Assembly: GCA_977030845.1 (NCBI GenBank)
Contig: OZ365111.1
Location: 13,516,001-13,580,000 of the forward strand
DNA: 64,000 bases
Source of the DNA: Fimbriosthenelais zetlandica
Taxonomy: Eukaryota
Direction of reading: 5' to 3'
Shown here: positions 11,601-26,600 of the stretch, piece by piece
Layout: each line of letters starts with the position of its first letter
How positions within the stretch are numbered: the stretch's first letter is position 1
The notes under the pieces: generated by a model
What the model was told of the DNA's origin: nothing
Databases searched by the model: none
The model's input: the letters and a program-made list of their open reading frames with translations, nothing else
Translations under genes and position numbers: made by a program

Positions 11601-14600
11601 CACCCCATAGGGCTTAGAGGTCAAGGGTTCCTTTCATCCCCCACATACCCGAGATAAAGGAATAAAAACCCAGTACATAGCCTACTCTATGTGCTTTTTC
11701 TACCCCACTGCCCATCACTCTATTGTGGCAGGGCACTTCACTTGTAATGGGGTTTATTTCGGTCCAATCTTCTCCATACAATGGATCCCTAACTTTGATA
11801 GGAGGCAGGAGAGATAAATCTAGATTCTGTCAGTAATGATGGAAAAACGAGAGGTGGGGGTCATGTTAGGAAGGCTCGCATACATTGGTCTCTCATAAAT
11901 ACTCTATCATTTTTAGTGAGGGCCAGACTGATGGTAATGATGATGATGTCATCTGATGGAAACTGGATGTTAGATGATAGGAGCTGGCTGCTGCTCTATG
12001 TGGGCCAGTGTGACATGGGACGTGAAAAAACAGGGGGAAGAGAAAGAAATGTATATAATCGATGAAAATGTGGACATGTCTGCTAGTAGAGAGCAGGTTG
12101 GATTGGGAGAAGGGAGGGAGTGAGGGAAGGGGGGAAGGATGGGAAGGATGGGAAGGAAGGAAGGAAGGAAGAACAGCCAGGAGCAGAACTCTGAGGGAGG
12201 ATATCATGACATCATAACACCCATTTAACACAGAATACAATACATGAATAGTCTGAACCTCCACATTTTCTCTCCATTCTCAGACAGGGTTTTGTTTGGC
12301 TAACATGTAACACCAATCTCCCTCCTCTCACACCACTCTAAGTAGACTATGCTTAAAACTAAACCTCTCGGTTTGAATTACAACAAATACAAACTCCACG
12401 TAAGTTTACTGCACCCAACAACACTGCATCAAAAAGACGTCACATGTAAAATGCATTAATGTTAATCTAAGACCTGATTACCTCTCTACTTTACAGATTT
12501 GGTACTAATTTTTTTTCACCGGGTACCAGAGATAGACAAGGTTGTATTCATTGTATGATCAAACCACGACAATAGGAAGTGTGTGGTTATCGGGATACCA
12601 CAATCTATTTAAGAAAAGCATGAAAAGGTTTAACCAAGGAAATAATTATAGCCAGCAAACCACTGTAACCAGTCGTTGGGTGCAATGAGATAGAGGCCTT
12701 TTATTCATAGGTGTGTGTCAACCCAAGAGAAAACACCACACATTCAAGATTTTTCAGGAAACAACCAGCATCTAGCACGATTTCCCATAAACTACTTTAG
12801 AATACACATTTGAAACATACCTGTACAATATGTTTTATGTAGGGAATTGAGTGCGGCCATTTCCATTCATTTTTTTTTCCATTTTTTAACCATTTTTCTT
12901 CCAGAATTGTGAGCGAAGGTTAATAGAATACCACCACACTTTTCTCAGCTGATATTCTGATCATTCCCCTCATGGAGCACCCAGAGGGAGTAAGAGGAGG
13001 AGGTGTGAGTGAATTATGAGAAGTATGAAGATTCTCTGTACACTAGAGCTGCCTGTATAACCACCATTCACCTATATCACATGTTGTAATCTCTCCAACG
13101 TGTGTTAACACAATATCATCATAGGTCATATATCAGCCCCCTCTCACCCCCATCTACACAGACCTGTCATGCTATATGTGCCTAATACCACACACCAACT
13201 ACATGACAAGCTTGGCCTTTCCATCAACCAACCTGTGCCATATGTACCCATGTTCATTTAGATTAAAAACCTAAATGGATAAATATATTATCCATACTCT
13301 GGGTTTAAGTTTTTAATTACACTGTGATAATTTCACATTTTAATGGAAATATTCCATACCGTTTACCTTTAATTTAAAATTCATTCACTGACTGAACCCT
13401 CCACTTGTAAAAGTTAGCCAACTACACAGGAATGTTTATAGCCAGGAAACATGTCCCTGACTTCTAAATCCTATAATTTTCAGAGAATAAATCGGGTTAT
13501 CATCGGTTTCCGCATCTAACGGTCCCTTTATCTTGGTTTTGTGTGCTGACAAGTGTCAGAGGAGAATGTGAAGTGGTGGTAATTTAAACAATCAATTAGT
13601 TCCGCTCCCATCAATCCCTCATATTATACTGAGGCTATATCTGACTATAAATGTCAAACATTACTTATTGAAGCATTTATTACAGGAGCCGAATTCTATC
13701 AGTAAAATATCAGGAAACTTAATCCGAAACATAAAATTAAAGAATATTATATCTTGAGATAATGTCAAAAGTTCAATAACAGTTACGGTTGGGCTCGAAA
13801 GTTCAATAACGGTTGAGGATTTTCACCCCATTTCTCAACAGGTTTTTGTAGAGCTGATTTCTTCTCGAGGGAAAGAAGTGCCATGGGAGGGGCCAATCAG
13901 TACGAGATAACACCTCAACTTTCTCAGTTGAAATTGGATTCAACCCCATGAGAAAAGCGATGGGTGAAATACTATTCAAAAAGTACATTCCGCTTTGATA
14001 CCCCCTGGACAGCATTAAAATATGATATCTTTTTCTTTCCAAGTTCGCTTTTATCAAATACTGAAGGAGGACAATGGGAGGAGTCATTTTGCAAGGATGA
14101 CAAACTGACTTTTCTCAAAAAACATTTCTTTTTGACAAGAAGCAAAATGCCTGACAGGCATAACGTCAGTTATAACATAGAATATGGTTTATGTCTGGTT
14201 GCCCATAGCATACCGTTATGATGAATAGGATAGTAGGGGGCAACCTTACTAAAAGGGTAAAAAGTCAAGAAAATCAATTTTAAAATGCCAGTTCAGTGGG
14301 CGTCTGTCTTGAACGTGTTAACCCTTTATTATTTTTTTTTACAGAATGGCCAAAGAAAATAAATTTAAAAGCCAGAAGGAATTTGAGGCAAGAATGGCAA
14401 AACTGTGCATTTTATCTTGATTAACCCAAATAAACGTCTATCAGTACGGTGGCCCAGAATCAACAAGTGAGCAGCTGATATTGTGGGGGCGTGGGGTGAG
14501 GGGTGAAAGCATCCAGCAGTGTGGGGGTGAGATAGGGTGCTGGGAATGAGAGAGGTGGGTAAAAGTGTGTTGACAAGTAGAGCAACAGTGACCCATCTCC

Positions 14601-17600
14601 CATACCTCACCCACACATACATACACCGATATCTCCCACAGACAGACGGCAGAAGTAATATTCTCGATAAAAATGGCCGGTAAAAAGCGTAAGGTGAAAT
14701 AGGGGGAAGAGTACAGGACTGGCGGCAATGTCAAAGAATGACTACAGTGTCACTAAGAGCTCATATCCCAGGGGCTCTTCACTGGAAAGTGGCGAAATCA
14801 GTAGGTTTATATAGATTTTATAAAAGTGGAAAGATGAGAAAGTGGTCAAAAAAGGGAATCTGTTACAGACATAACAGCAGGAGATCTCTGTGTCTATGTA
14901 TTCTCAGAGTTCACTTGGGTACATTATGTTTTACCAAAGCTGACAGAAAAAAGGTCGGTTCAAAAGAAATGAAGGCAAAGGAGTGGATGTCATTCATTTG
15001 AAAAGAGACGTTGGGTTTGGTATCTCCGCATTCTGCAGGAAGATTCTTCAGTGGAAACGACTAAGCTATTGTCATACAACGACGTACAGTCAGAGTCAGA
15101 TTGGACAAGGCAATCAGTGAAATAGAATAGAGAAATGAGTGGGCACCCAAGCAAGTCCATTATAAAGAAACATTCAAAATGAATGAAGCATGAATTGACA
15201 TTAGAAATTTCACCGAAGGAGCCAGCTTTAATGACTAAAGTCAATTCCACTTTAAGGGTTGTATACACATACATTTAAAGCCCTTTTATTTATTATTATC
15301 ATATGGTTAAACCAGTCAAGCATTGAGACAGTTACCTCTGGACTATCATTAAATGTTTTAAATCTAGACGTACAACCCATATCTGTATAATAGTGGGCTG
15401 TGGTAAAAGTGAATGAAATTTTGACATAGATCTGATAAACTTGACGGTCACTTTCAGTGAGAGGTGGCCAGGTAAATGGAACCTGTCCTATCATTTGTCT
15501 GTCTCACTGCCCACTGACACTTTAATTGAGGGAATTTCGATGCAGTACCAGACTGAAGAATGCAAGGAAATATAAACTATTGGAATCCAGGCACCTGTTT
15601 AAGTCATGTAAAAGGTTAGGTCTTCCCACACAACACCATAAGTACATTAGCAGGAACTCAAAATGTGGGGACAACCTTTTGATTTTTAACATTGCAGAAA
15701 GTGGCCACGGAGATATGTTCGCAATATGCCAGGATAAAGTTCCATAAGTCATAATTAACCCAGTTATAAGCTGCATGACAAAGATTCCTAACATTCACTT
15801 CCTTTAAGACAGAGATACAGGAAGACTGTTGTTGTTCTGTCATTGAATCTTGTCTTGATTTATGGGTTTGAACGTTTCCAACCTTGGTTTATAAGACAAG
15901 TGCTTGAGTACTGACACATAATTTTGTTTTGATATTTGGGATATATATGTGGATATGCTGGCATTAAGTATGGAGTAAATTCCATGCTTCCAAGGGGGCT
16001 GAATGCCTGGGTCAAGCCATAGTGTTGGAGGATGTGGGCTCCAATGATTCCATGGTGTGAATGGCATAATGGGGAAAATACTTTATAATGGCTTTATTAA
16101 TGGTATCAGTGCCCTCTATATAGAATAGAGAATAACGACTTGAAAGCATGGCACTCATTCTGGTCAATATTTGACCGTCATGATGAAAGGTCATGCAAAC
16201 TTAATTGGACACATTTGACATGCCCCTTTGGACACACATTATCATGGGGCAGACACGTATATATGTCCTGCACATGTATGGCCTGTGTCATAGTGTGTGA
16301 ATTGTTCAGGCCAAGGGCAGCTAGAGAGAGTAATGGAACATTAATGGATATGTATGACAAGGGCAAAAATGGCAACTAAGGGGAGGAGGTGACCTGTCTC
16401 CCAACATAAATCTACTCAATGTTTAATGATTGATAGATTTAACAAACGTTATTTGTTTGTTAAGGTAAGAAGAGAATCTTGTTTTTAGTCTGACATCTGC
16501 ACATCCTGACAGAAGCTTCCCTTCGTCTTTTGTGAGGCATTATAATGGTACAGGTCCGAGACCTATTATTTAGTCATGCATCATGAAAAATCCCTACCCC
16601 CTATTATAATGAACTGTATTGAAAGCCTATTACAAAAGTGAGCAAAAAGAATCAATGAAAAGACTGGATGTAATAATATTATGCTCGAAACTTTGTTCTG
16701 GGTATTAGACCATACAATAGGGAACAAAAATATATGTAATCATTGCTCTTGCTCCTGAATCATTTCAAAGGAATGTAATATACTAGAACAGTGTTTGGGA
16801 CTGTAAGGGGATTTTTCCTCAATATGGGGCTGAGTTTCACTGGTGAATAACTGTAATACAAATCCTGTCAGTAGGTTTAAGCGTCAGATAATACATCTCA
16901 CTGATCCTACCTGATTTACCCTCATCACCTTCTTGGCACGTGTAAGGCTAAATGTGTCTCAGTGAGCAGGGCTAAAGATAACATTAAGCCCTGGGGGCTT
17001 TGTGGACGTCTTTTCATGGTAGCATTTAGAGGGGGCCATAAACAGAGTGAGAAGAGGGGAGAGAATATCCCTGTTGCACCTTTTAGTGGTAGAGGTATGC
17101 TTATGAATGAAGATGTCAAACTCGGGAGTGACAGCAGACCAGGTACCGTATTTCAGAGATCAGTAGCAATGTATAGAACCCATAAAAATGGTAAATAATT
17201 TCATCTTATGAACATTTTATACGGTATTACCCACAACAGTCAGCATACAGTATAAAATTCAGAAGGGATTTTGCTTGAAAGAGTTCGAAAAAAAACCCTT
17301 AAGGATGGAATGGGAGAGCCCCTGGGAAAACAAAATCTAGGGATAAGAGATAATAAAACTAAGCCCCAGAGAAAATAGGAAGAGCTTGGTAATTTTTGAC
17401 ATTGATTATTTTAAACTTAACCTACCTTTATGATTTCATTGAGATCATGCACGTAAGTCCTCTCGGTTTCCAGGATCTCTGCCACCACTTTATCAATGTA
17501 TGACATCTGTGCTCCGGACCGACTGTCTGCTGTCAGTTGACTGGTATCATAGTCAGCCTGAGAACCGGAAGTTGACCTACTGACAGTGACGTCAGATCGC

Positions 17601-20600
17601 GTTCTACACTTGGTATAATCCTCCTCACCTTCCTCGTCAGTTAACGTGTCCATGATCATGTCTGACGTGGGAGGTAACGTCGGTGGTAACATAGAGGTAA
17701 CACTACACGGTATCGAGCTAACAACCATTGTTGTCGGTCCGTTCTGGGCCAGCGATGACGTTGGGTTATTGTTACCGGCAACTTTCTTGCGTTGTTGCCG
17801 TGGCAACGACGATGTGGAAGTTGCCGATGACGTCGAAGAGACGCTAAGCGGGCGTTTTTTGGCGGCGTCATTTTGATGATGACTAGTAAGGGAAGCAATG
17901 GTGGAAGACAGTGCGGCTGGGGGACCGTCATTTTCACAACAGTCCTTTAAGTCAGTTTCCATGGCAACAGATCGTGACGTGCTGTGACATGGAAAGATCC
18001 GCTTCTCATGGCTAATGACGTGAGGAGTTATGACGTCACCACTAGCGTTGCCAATGACTGCCAGGTTGTCAATGTCATCCTTGCCATAAGAGAGGCCCCC
18101 TGACAAGTGGGCAGGGTCAGAGGTGGAGGTGATGGTGGTGGGAGACTTGTCTGGAGATGTGTTGTGGTTACACTCATCATCTACCTGGCACACGTCAGTC
18201 GAGGCGTAGTTATCATAGATGGACATCAAAGTGGGAGCCAAGTCGACTGAGGAACCTGAAAGGACAAGAGAAAGACAATTAGATCAACAACAACAATGAC
18301 ATGGGATGATAGATGAGATGAGATTTCCATGGTCTCAACTCCTGCTGGTTTTAATACACTGGACCAATGCCAGGCATACAATTTATCAATTAATAGCCTC
18401 GTAATTGTATCGTACTAATAACCAAATACCCATCCATCAAACCTAGAAGGTTCACTGATGGAGCGATATATCACTTCTAGGATTGAAATTCAGCCTACAA
18501 GCAAAATATGGCAGGTCTATTCACAGGGAACATGATTGGCACTTAAAATTAATTGCCTGAAATAAAAGCTGGCCATAAACAGCTCTACTCCATGAATGAT
18601 TGTGATCCAATACCTCTGTATTTGTCCTCTCCTTGGACAAACAAATCAATCAAGTTCCCTCCACTAGATCCAAATAAACAACTAATAGATTATATCTAAA
18701 TGGATTATAAAATCAATTATACAACGCAGTTTCGTGAAGCATATCGAAAAGCGTGCGTTTGCAATCATTTTAAGTATTTTAGATCTAAAATACAAACTAA
18801 TTGAAAAGTGTTTCGGTCATATTACATGGTCAAGTGTAATGGTATTGGAGGAGTCTGAATAGTGACTCGTGTTCATAGTGATTGTATGCCCACTAGTGAC
18901 GTAAGTAAAGATAGACGACAATGAAGGGGCAGACCCCAAAGTCCTTACAAATGGACAATGGTCTATTTAAGTCAAGCAGATGAACCGTCTGACCCCACTT
19001 TAATAGCCATGCAACCAGACATTATTTGTAAATTAATTCTCTAATACATGAGTCGGGAGCCCAAGATGGTCACCAGTTTCTTAGCACAATGATAGATGTT
19101 AAGAGTGGGTAATCCAAGTATTAAAGATAACACGATTTAGAGTTAATTACAGGTGGGTGGTGGACAAATAAAAGTAAATGTCCAGATTATATATTTGCCT
19201 AAAATGTCGCAAGCTAACAGATTTATACCAGAGTGGTAGACCCTAAAATTACACATGAAAACCAGTCGAGTAAAGTATTAATCCAGTATTGTGGACAGAA
19301 ACAGACTGTCCCAACAGAAAGCCTATCAGAGGTAGACAAAGAAATATCAACCCTTTAAAAAGCCCCAGGAATGTGTAATTTGGGATGGGTCTCCAGAGTC
19401 TATGGGGTAGTTTACCCAAGATAAGTACTGGGTCTGGGGGAAAAGTTATAAAAGATTTAAAAAGAAACACTTTGGCTATTTATTCAAAGAACCCCAGGAT
19501 GCCGGATGGTGATTTTTTCCGAGAAAATAAAGACCAGCCTTGGCCCACACAGTTAGCAATGCGTCAAGGTGATCGATCAAAAAGAGTTTCCCCATCGGTA
19601 TGGCAGATAGACAGAAAGACACGAGCTACTGCTTTAAAGCGTATGTAAATGCAGAGTGTAAAACGAATGTAAATTGCAAATGCAATTCATTGACACCAGT
19701 AAAAGGCTATAAAGTTTTTAGAAAGTAACACTTGGTGGGGTGATCCGATTTTTTTGCCACCGAAACAAGATTTTTACAGGAACATAAACGCATCCCAGTT
19801 GGAATTAAATTACCATAAACATATTTCACTGACGCATATTTATTTCTTCCGAATTAAGACTACAGGAAGTTTTTACTACAGCGTGTTCCAATCAGGAAAA
19901 CATTACTAAGGACAAGATAAATTTATTTTATCAATTTCTTTGCATATTTTGATATTTCGACTATTTTCAACTCATTCCACTTGGACCATTGCCTGTTACA
20001 ACTTGGGTGGTCCAAAATCAGTACCGTGTTGAATTATCTCGTTTTAAAAACTTAGTCACGTGCGATTTTTCACAAATATATGCAATTTGACATGGAAAAA
20101 TAATAGTCGACATAATAATAGAAATTAAACCTCTGTGATATGAGTCATACAGGCAGGTCCATATAACTTAAATTTATTCACAAAAACTAATCAGATTTAT
20201 CTGATTACCCGTGTTTATACGTTCAAAAGGGCCATTTCGGAGGTCAAATATCATGATATGAGATATGAGCGTTTATAAGCAATATTGTTCATGTTTACAT
20301 TGACACATGATCTCATGTAAAACATGTATTATCAGCCAACTGCCTTTTACTTTTCATGTCAGAACATACAAATGCACCTCACATGTATATACCACATTAT
20401 TATAGTACATAACCAGACTTTATGGTCTGGAGTGGTGTACTTGGCTGAGATATATTATTATTACAAATATCACGCTATGGGGTAGAGTGTGGAGGTGTCG
20501 AGGGTGGAAGAACAGGATCATTAGAATGGGAGATGTGGTCAAGCAAAATGATTGTCTGTCCCATTATAAAGGGTGACCCGGTCCAGTCACTCATAATACG

Positions 20601-23600
20601 TATATTTCTCTGGCCAAGTGTGCCTCTGTTTGCATGCCAAGCAAACCAAGCAGAGGTCTATTGGGTCCAATGGCTTGGCACCGCTTCACAGTTTATATCT
20701 AGGGGTCCTATGTATTTAACTATAAGCTAGGGTAAAAACCGTGTATAACATGAACAATCAGTTCATGTACTCTAGCACAATGAAAGCTTTTTTTCACCAA
20801 ATACATGTCTTATGAGCCACTCCCTTAAAAAATGTTTTTAATAAATAAAAATAATTACCCATTTCAATAATTACCCATTTCAATACTGAGACTTTCTCAA
20901 TATCTATTTTCATTTGGTTAATATTTAACCAAAATCGTGTTGAACTTCCAAACCACTGGTCCCGCAAAAAAAATAACAAAAAAACTTACCAAAGAATTCC
21001 CTCCAACTTTTATCATCCAAACTACAGCAATGTAATCCATAATCAATATGTCCCTTAACTAATGCGGAGCATGCACGTCCTTTATAAGACATCCTGACAC
21101 TTTCCAGCATCTTTATCTATTAATGCACCCTTCCTATAATAGGGGAATATTCATTAGATAAAGCACATATATCTCTAGGTCCGCCAAATGCTGGCAATAG
21201 TAATACAAGTCCAGAACATCAATAGGTGTTGTATGTAATATTCCAATTCCAAGAAATTGATGCACAAGTATTTGGGAAGTATCCAATATATACCACTGCA
21301 ATGTGGAATGTCGGGTATTATAATGGTAGGTAGCTAAGACTAAATGCTACTATAGGATAGGTGTATGTGAATGAATAGGTAACTTGGGTTTAGAGCTCCA
21401 ATAGCTTCTGCAGCTTGGTAATACATGTATGCTTATATATAGGGGCGTGAACTACAATGGCAGGTGAGAGGGGTGGGAGGTGTAAGGGGTGGGGATAGCT
21501 CACAGATGCAGTCACTTTACAGGGTAAAACAATAGGGCGACACGGTTGCGATGAAAGGATGGGCGCGAGTCACACCTCTGTAGGTCCTAGTGTTAATGGG
21601 TGTGAGTGGTGAGGGCCTCACGTTCACACCTATATTCCCTGAGTCGCTCACAAGGGAAAGTGTTAATATTGATGTCACTTTTTACACATGGTCGGGGGAA
21701 ATTAGATTAATTACTTCATTAACAGTCGACGCCTGGACCAGAACAAACTATTCATTAGACTTGTCGCAGTCTTGTCAGTGTAAAAAATATATTTGATTTC
21801 AACCATCAAGACATGGACTGTAACTCCCTACTAGGCCTTATAGAATATATCATGAACTGCGACACATTTGGTAAATATCAGAAGTTGTACATGTAATCAA
21901 GTCTATAGGCACTAAACAACTAATATAGGATGGTTTTAGGTGCTATTCTCCAAACACAAGAGATTATATCTGTTTGGCACAGATCTAAGCGAACAGCAAT
22001 TTGCGCAACGGACTTTTTTGTGATGGAAGCTGAGAACAACTGGACTTGGAACTCCAATTATATAAGGACAAAGGAAAATTTCCTTTCATGAGGAATGCCT
22101 ACAAGATAAACTAGTTGCTCACAAAAATAGTTGGGAAAGACAGAAAACAAGCAACTCTATGAGCAATCCGGGCATGTCATAAAACATAGCATGGAGGTAT
22201 AAGTGGGGGAAAATTGACCTTTGATCCAGGGTCGCTTTATGTGAGTGACAAAACGAGACAGAAAATGATGAGGACCAGGGCAGACTGGAACAAAACTTCA
22301 TGGAAAAATATCATTAACTATGATCTCCTCTTGCTGCTAATTGCCATATTTCACAGCTTAATGAGGGACGGAGGCTGGAAAACACGGCCGGCCGTTTAAC
22401 CTTCAAAGATCATGATCACTGCTCTAAACAATTACCGTATAGACGCGTTAAAACATTAAGCTTATTGATTCATCTATGCTGTATGTTCAAATCTGTAAAG
22501 ATTTAAACATGTTATAAACTGGAAAATTATTCTGAAGAAAGGACAACTTTTCAATAGAAAAAAAAAAATATTAAAATGAAACAGTCGTAAATTCGTAGTA
22601 TGATGTTGAAGCGAGGGAACGCGGTATATTAATTCTTATTGGTAGGGATTCGCAAATCAAGAAAACAGAAGGAAAGAAAAGTATTGATGCTGTCCCTAAC
22701 TCCAAGAGTGAGAAAATTAGCAACAAAATTAATTACATTTCCCAGGTTCTCTGACGCTGGATAATAAACCAACAAATAAATGTTGTCTTTGTCCGAAATA
22801 AGGGTTCTGGACTGGTCGCAGCTTCCAGGTATGTCCAGGCATTTTACAGAAAATTTCAGTAAATTTATACCAAAATGCAACATCTAGATTTAAGCAATGA
22901 AAACACCTAATTAATGTGTCTCCTATAATATAAGTGGATCGATATCTTCATAATAATCGATGGATAAAGATTAGAGAAATTAAAAGCTAAAATCGACCAA
23001 TTAAAATGTTAAATGCAGAACCCTATTTAGTATTACAGTATTAGCAAGCGAAATAGCAAGCTTACATTCACAGATACACAATGTATAAGTCAAGTGATAA
23101 AAAGTGAAATCCCCAGAAAGGGAAAGCAATAGTTAGATGCTCAATAGGAGGCCCAACACCTGCCTCAGGAATGAAAGGGATTTGAGGGTAGGGAGTCTGG
23201 AATATATTATAGAGACGACTGGAGTTAATTGTTGTACCGAGACAACCAAACAGCGTATTCGGGGACCTCATTAAAACAATTATAGAAGTATATGGCACCT
23301 TGAAATAATCCCATTTCCAGGAAACACAATAGAGGCACAGGACAGTTCCAGCGAGGGAAATTAAACCTTTTGTTTAGCTCTCTAACATGCATCATTTTGT
23401 TACCGAGCAGAGTATATCAATAGGATGACACAAAGCTGTCAGAAAAGGGTTAGAAATTTCGAATTAAGATAGTTTTTAGTGGTTTTCTCTCTGGGGTGTA
23501 CTGTTTTGTTTTTGTCTGATGAATGCTCCGTTTATTACGAGAACAGAATGGAAGACGCTTAGAGTAAAACTCTCAGTGGGATGTGCTAATCCAACCATTC

Positions 23601-26600
23601 ATAGAATGAGATTATGACCGAGCCATGCAGCTCTCCACTTAAACCATCCTGGTTTATATAGACTTAAATCCTTCCCTCTCCAAGTGTAAACTCATGTCTT
23701 CATATAATGCCTTTACTGTATGCTTACAAATACAATATGAATAGACATTGACGTGAAAAGAACTGACATTATTATCAAGTCTCCCATTGGGTTTACACTG
23801 TTCCACAAAAATATTAAGGGAGGTTATTTCATAAATTCAATCATGGATTATAATGATATCTGTCGAGGGATGTTCCATCTCTATGCAAAGATTCTTATAA
23901 AGATAATTACTTCTGGGATTTTTCCACTTAAACGCAATATATCTCATGAAATATTTCATTTCCCTGAGTATCACTTATAATATAGTTCCACTTTGATAAT
24001 CCCAAGAGTTGAAATCCGTCATCCTGAATAAATATCCATAATTTAGCACCAACTCGATACTAAATCTGGAGTTTTAACCACAAGAAACCAGCAGAAACCA
24101 CATGGCTTTCGTGAGAATCGCTTCAAAAAAATATAGTAATTGTAACGTCAAGATAGACAGGCGTCGAGTTAGCATTACACTCGAATGAGATCATACTTTA
24201 AACTATGTAAAGAATCTAGTCATTATTGGTTCTTTTTATCTTCAAAGCGATAGGAAATATCCATTAAGATAAAGTGTATGTACTCTCTCAATAATATAAT
24301 CGTCTACAGATCATATATTAGCTGGAAATATATTGATAAAATGTTAAATATCTTTGTCTTAGTTTTCTTGAAATTATCTACACGTACCCAGTCTGGTTTT
24401 ATTTACTTAAACTTAAAACCAGTTGAGTGGGTGGTTAATAAATAGATTTCTAAAAGTAAAAATTGTTGAATTACACTGATAGATGATTAGTATTATTGAT
24501 CATATGTGAAAAATAGATAATAGAGGGAGCTAATTGCAGACGGAGAGATCAAAGGAAAGCATCAGTCGCAAGTCAAACATTGTTACATTTGAGGCCTGGA
24601 GCCAATGCCACACATATACACACACAATCCTAGCCTGCCCTCACCTGAATACAGGAGCTCAGCCACTTGTTCCACAGTAAGATTATCCAGGCATTTGTAA
24701 AGCCAACACTCCTCCACAGCCTCCATTATGATACTATCCCTTCACCCCTCTCAGCTGGAGGTACTCATAGAGAAATCCCTATTGATCCATATCTATCCAT
24801 TGGTTCCTCATGTATATAATATATCTGCTAAACACACAACTGGTCAGCATTGTCATGCGAACACACACTGACTCTGAGGGATCCAATAGTGGTAGATAGG
24901 CCTAGATATGGTGGCGGTGGATAAACCATGAAATGGGCAAGTTCACACAAAGACTGCCCCATGTCATGACTTTACCCTCAGACTTGTTAAGGGACCTCTT
25001 TTCTTGTTGGGGGCTTTAGCCAGTAGCAGACAGCCCCTTCAAGCCAGCAGAAAAGGGGAGAAAATCTAATATCAAAGAGCCTCTCTTGATGTTTGATTCG
25101 TGTGATTTGGAGCGGATCCTTCGAGGCCGTCAAGAAAAGAGAAATCAGTGAGTGTGAACCCCTCCTCCTGCTCCCTCACATGAGGTCCTCTGCCAACGTG
25201 TTGACAAGTCTTTCAATGCCTCTGCTCATGCTATATTTAACCGATAGTTTGTCATTGGGTCAACTATATAATAATTGACACGGATTGATGAAAATGGCTT
25301 GCTACCAGCCGCCTCTTCCCCTTTACACAAGCGCTTAGCAAATGATGCACTGTCTGACCTTATGGCCATTATCACACAAAACAGACTGGCAGAGTCACAT
25401 TGGGCCGTGCCTGCTCAACACTGTGTAAAAGGTCCCTCTCTCATCCTATATTCTGAGGGTATAAAATACGGTGGTGAGTCCTCAATCAATGGGGCACCTC
25501 CGAGTTGGGAGCCAAAAAATACAAATGTGGGGGAGCAAGAGGAGTAAGACACACAAAACATGGCTTTATGGGTCATATACAGAGACCACTGCCGAGACAT
25601 GTGATAAAACAAACGAGCAATCACATGTGTTTGTCTCAAAATAAACTGAGAAAAGTTTTTTTTACTCTCAGACCTTTCAGTGTGAGGCACTGAATGGTAA
25701 TGGATGATAGCCCTAAAAGAGGAGCACTCAAGATAGGGTGTTGATTGTGTATTTCATTCACAAACAATCGCAGGTGGAAGCATTGGCAAGGTTTATGTTC
25801 ATTGACATCTAATTTCGTAAAAATAATATTAATTCAATTACAATATCCAGCATGTCAAGCTAAAACATAGAGTGGAGCATGGGTAGGCCTACTATTTATG
25901 TATCTCTGTATCTAATTTCTTGAAATTAATATCCATTTGGATGACGTGATATTTACAATGTCAAGCACTGATGTTGTAATAACAATAACTCATGGGGTGA
26001 CTGATTACTAACACAAGAGCTTGGACTAAACTTAGCTTTTGGGAGTGGGGAAGTACCGTACCGATCTGAATGAGCGCTCGGCTCTCAATTACTTTTAGGC
26101 TAAAGAACCACTGGGGGTACCTAAATCAGATCTATATGTTTCAAATTGTCATTATTTTAATCGATATAAATGATTTGTTATAGATTTGAATTCCAGCTGC
26201 TCTAATATGCCAGAATTGCAGGTTTCAAATATCGGTACGGTACATGTATAATGTATGGCCTGTCTCCATGGAAGCTTGAGTTAATTATATACAGTGTCAA
26301 GGAGAACAGGATAAAGAAGAAATTAAATGCACAGGCCGCTCTCACTCTGTTTATGCATGACACATGGCTGGAGAAGTGACCAAGAACAGAGACTGGAGAC
26401 TGAGTGGGAATCAAAGGAGGCTTTTTAACACTGGAGAATGACTGATGCTGTGTTCGCATTGTTCTGCACCACCTTCTCATGTGACAGGCGACGACTTAGC
26501 AACAATCAATCCTGGTATATATACACAGCAGAGGATGTTACTCTGATGTTACAAGAGGTTAAAGTTTCTTTTCTTTTACCCCTCATACATCGTATAGAAG

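Noticed and set aside
16925-17119. ORF with CCCCAG|GGC acceptor-like site (GLMLSLALLTETHLALHVPRR*)
   Set aside because: It contains a stop, does not continue the DH domain, and the true next DH exon is 9193-9293.
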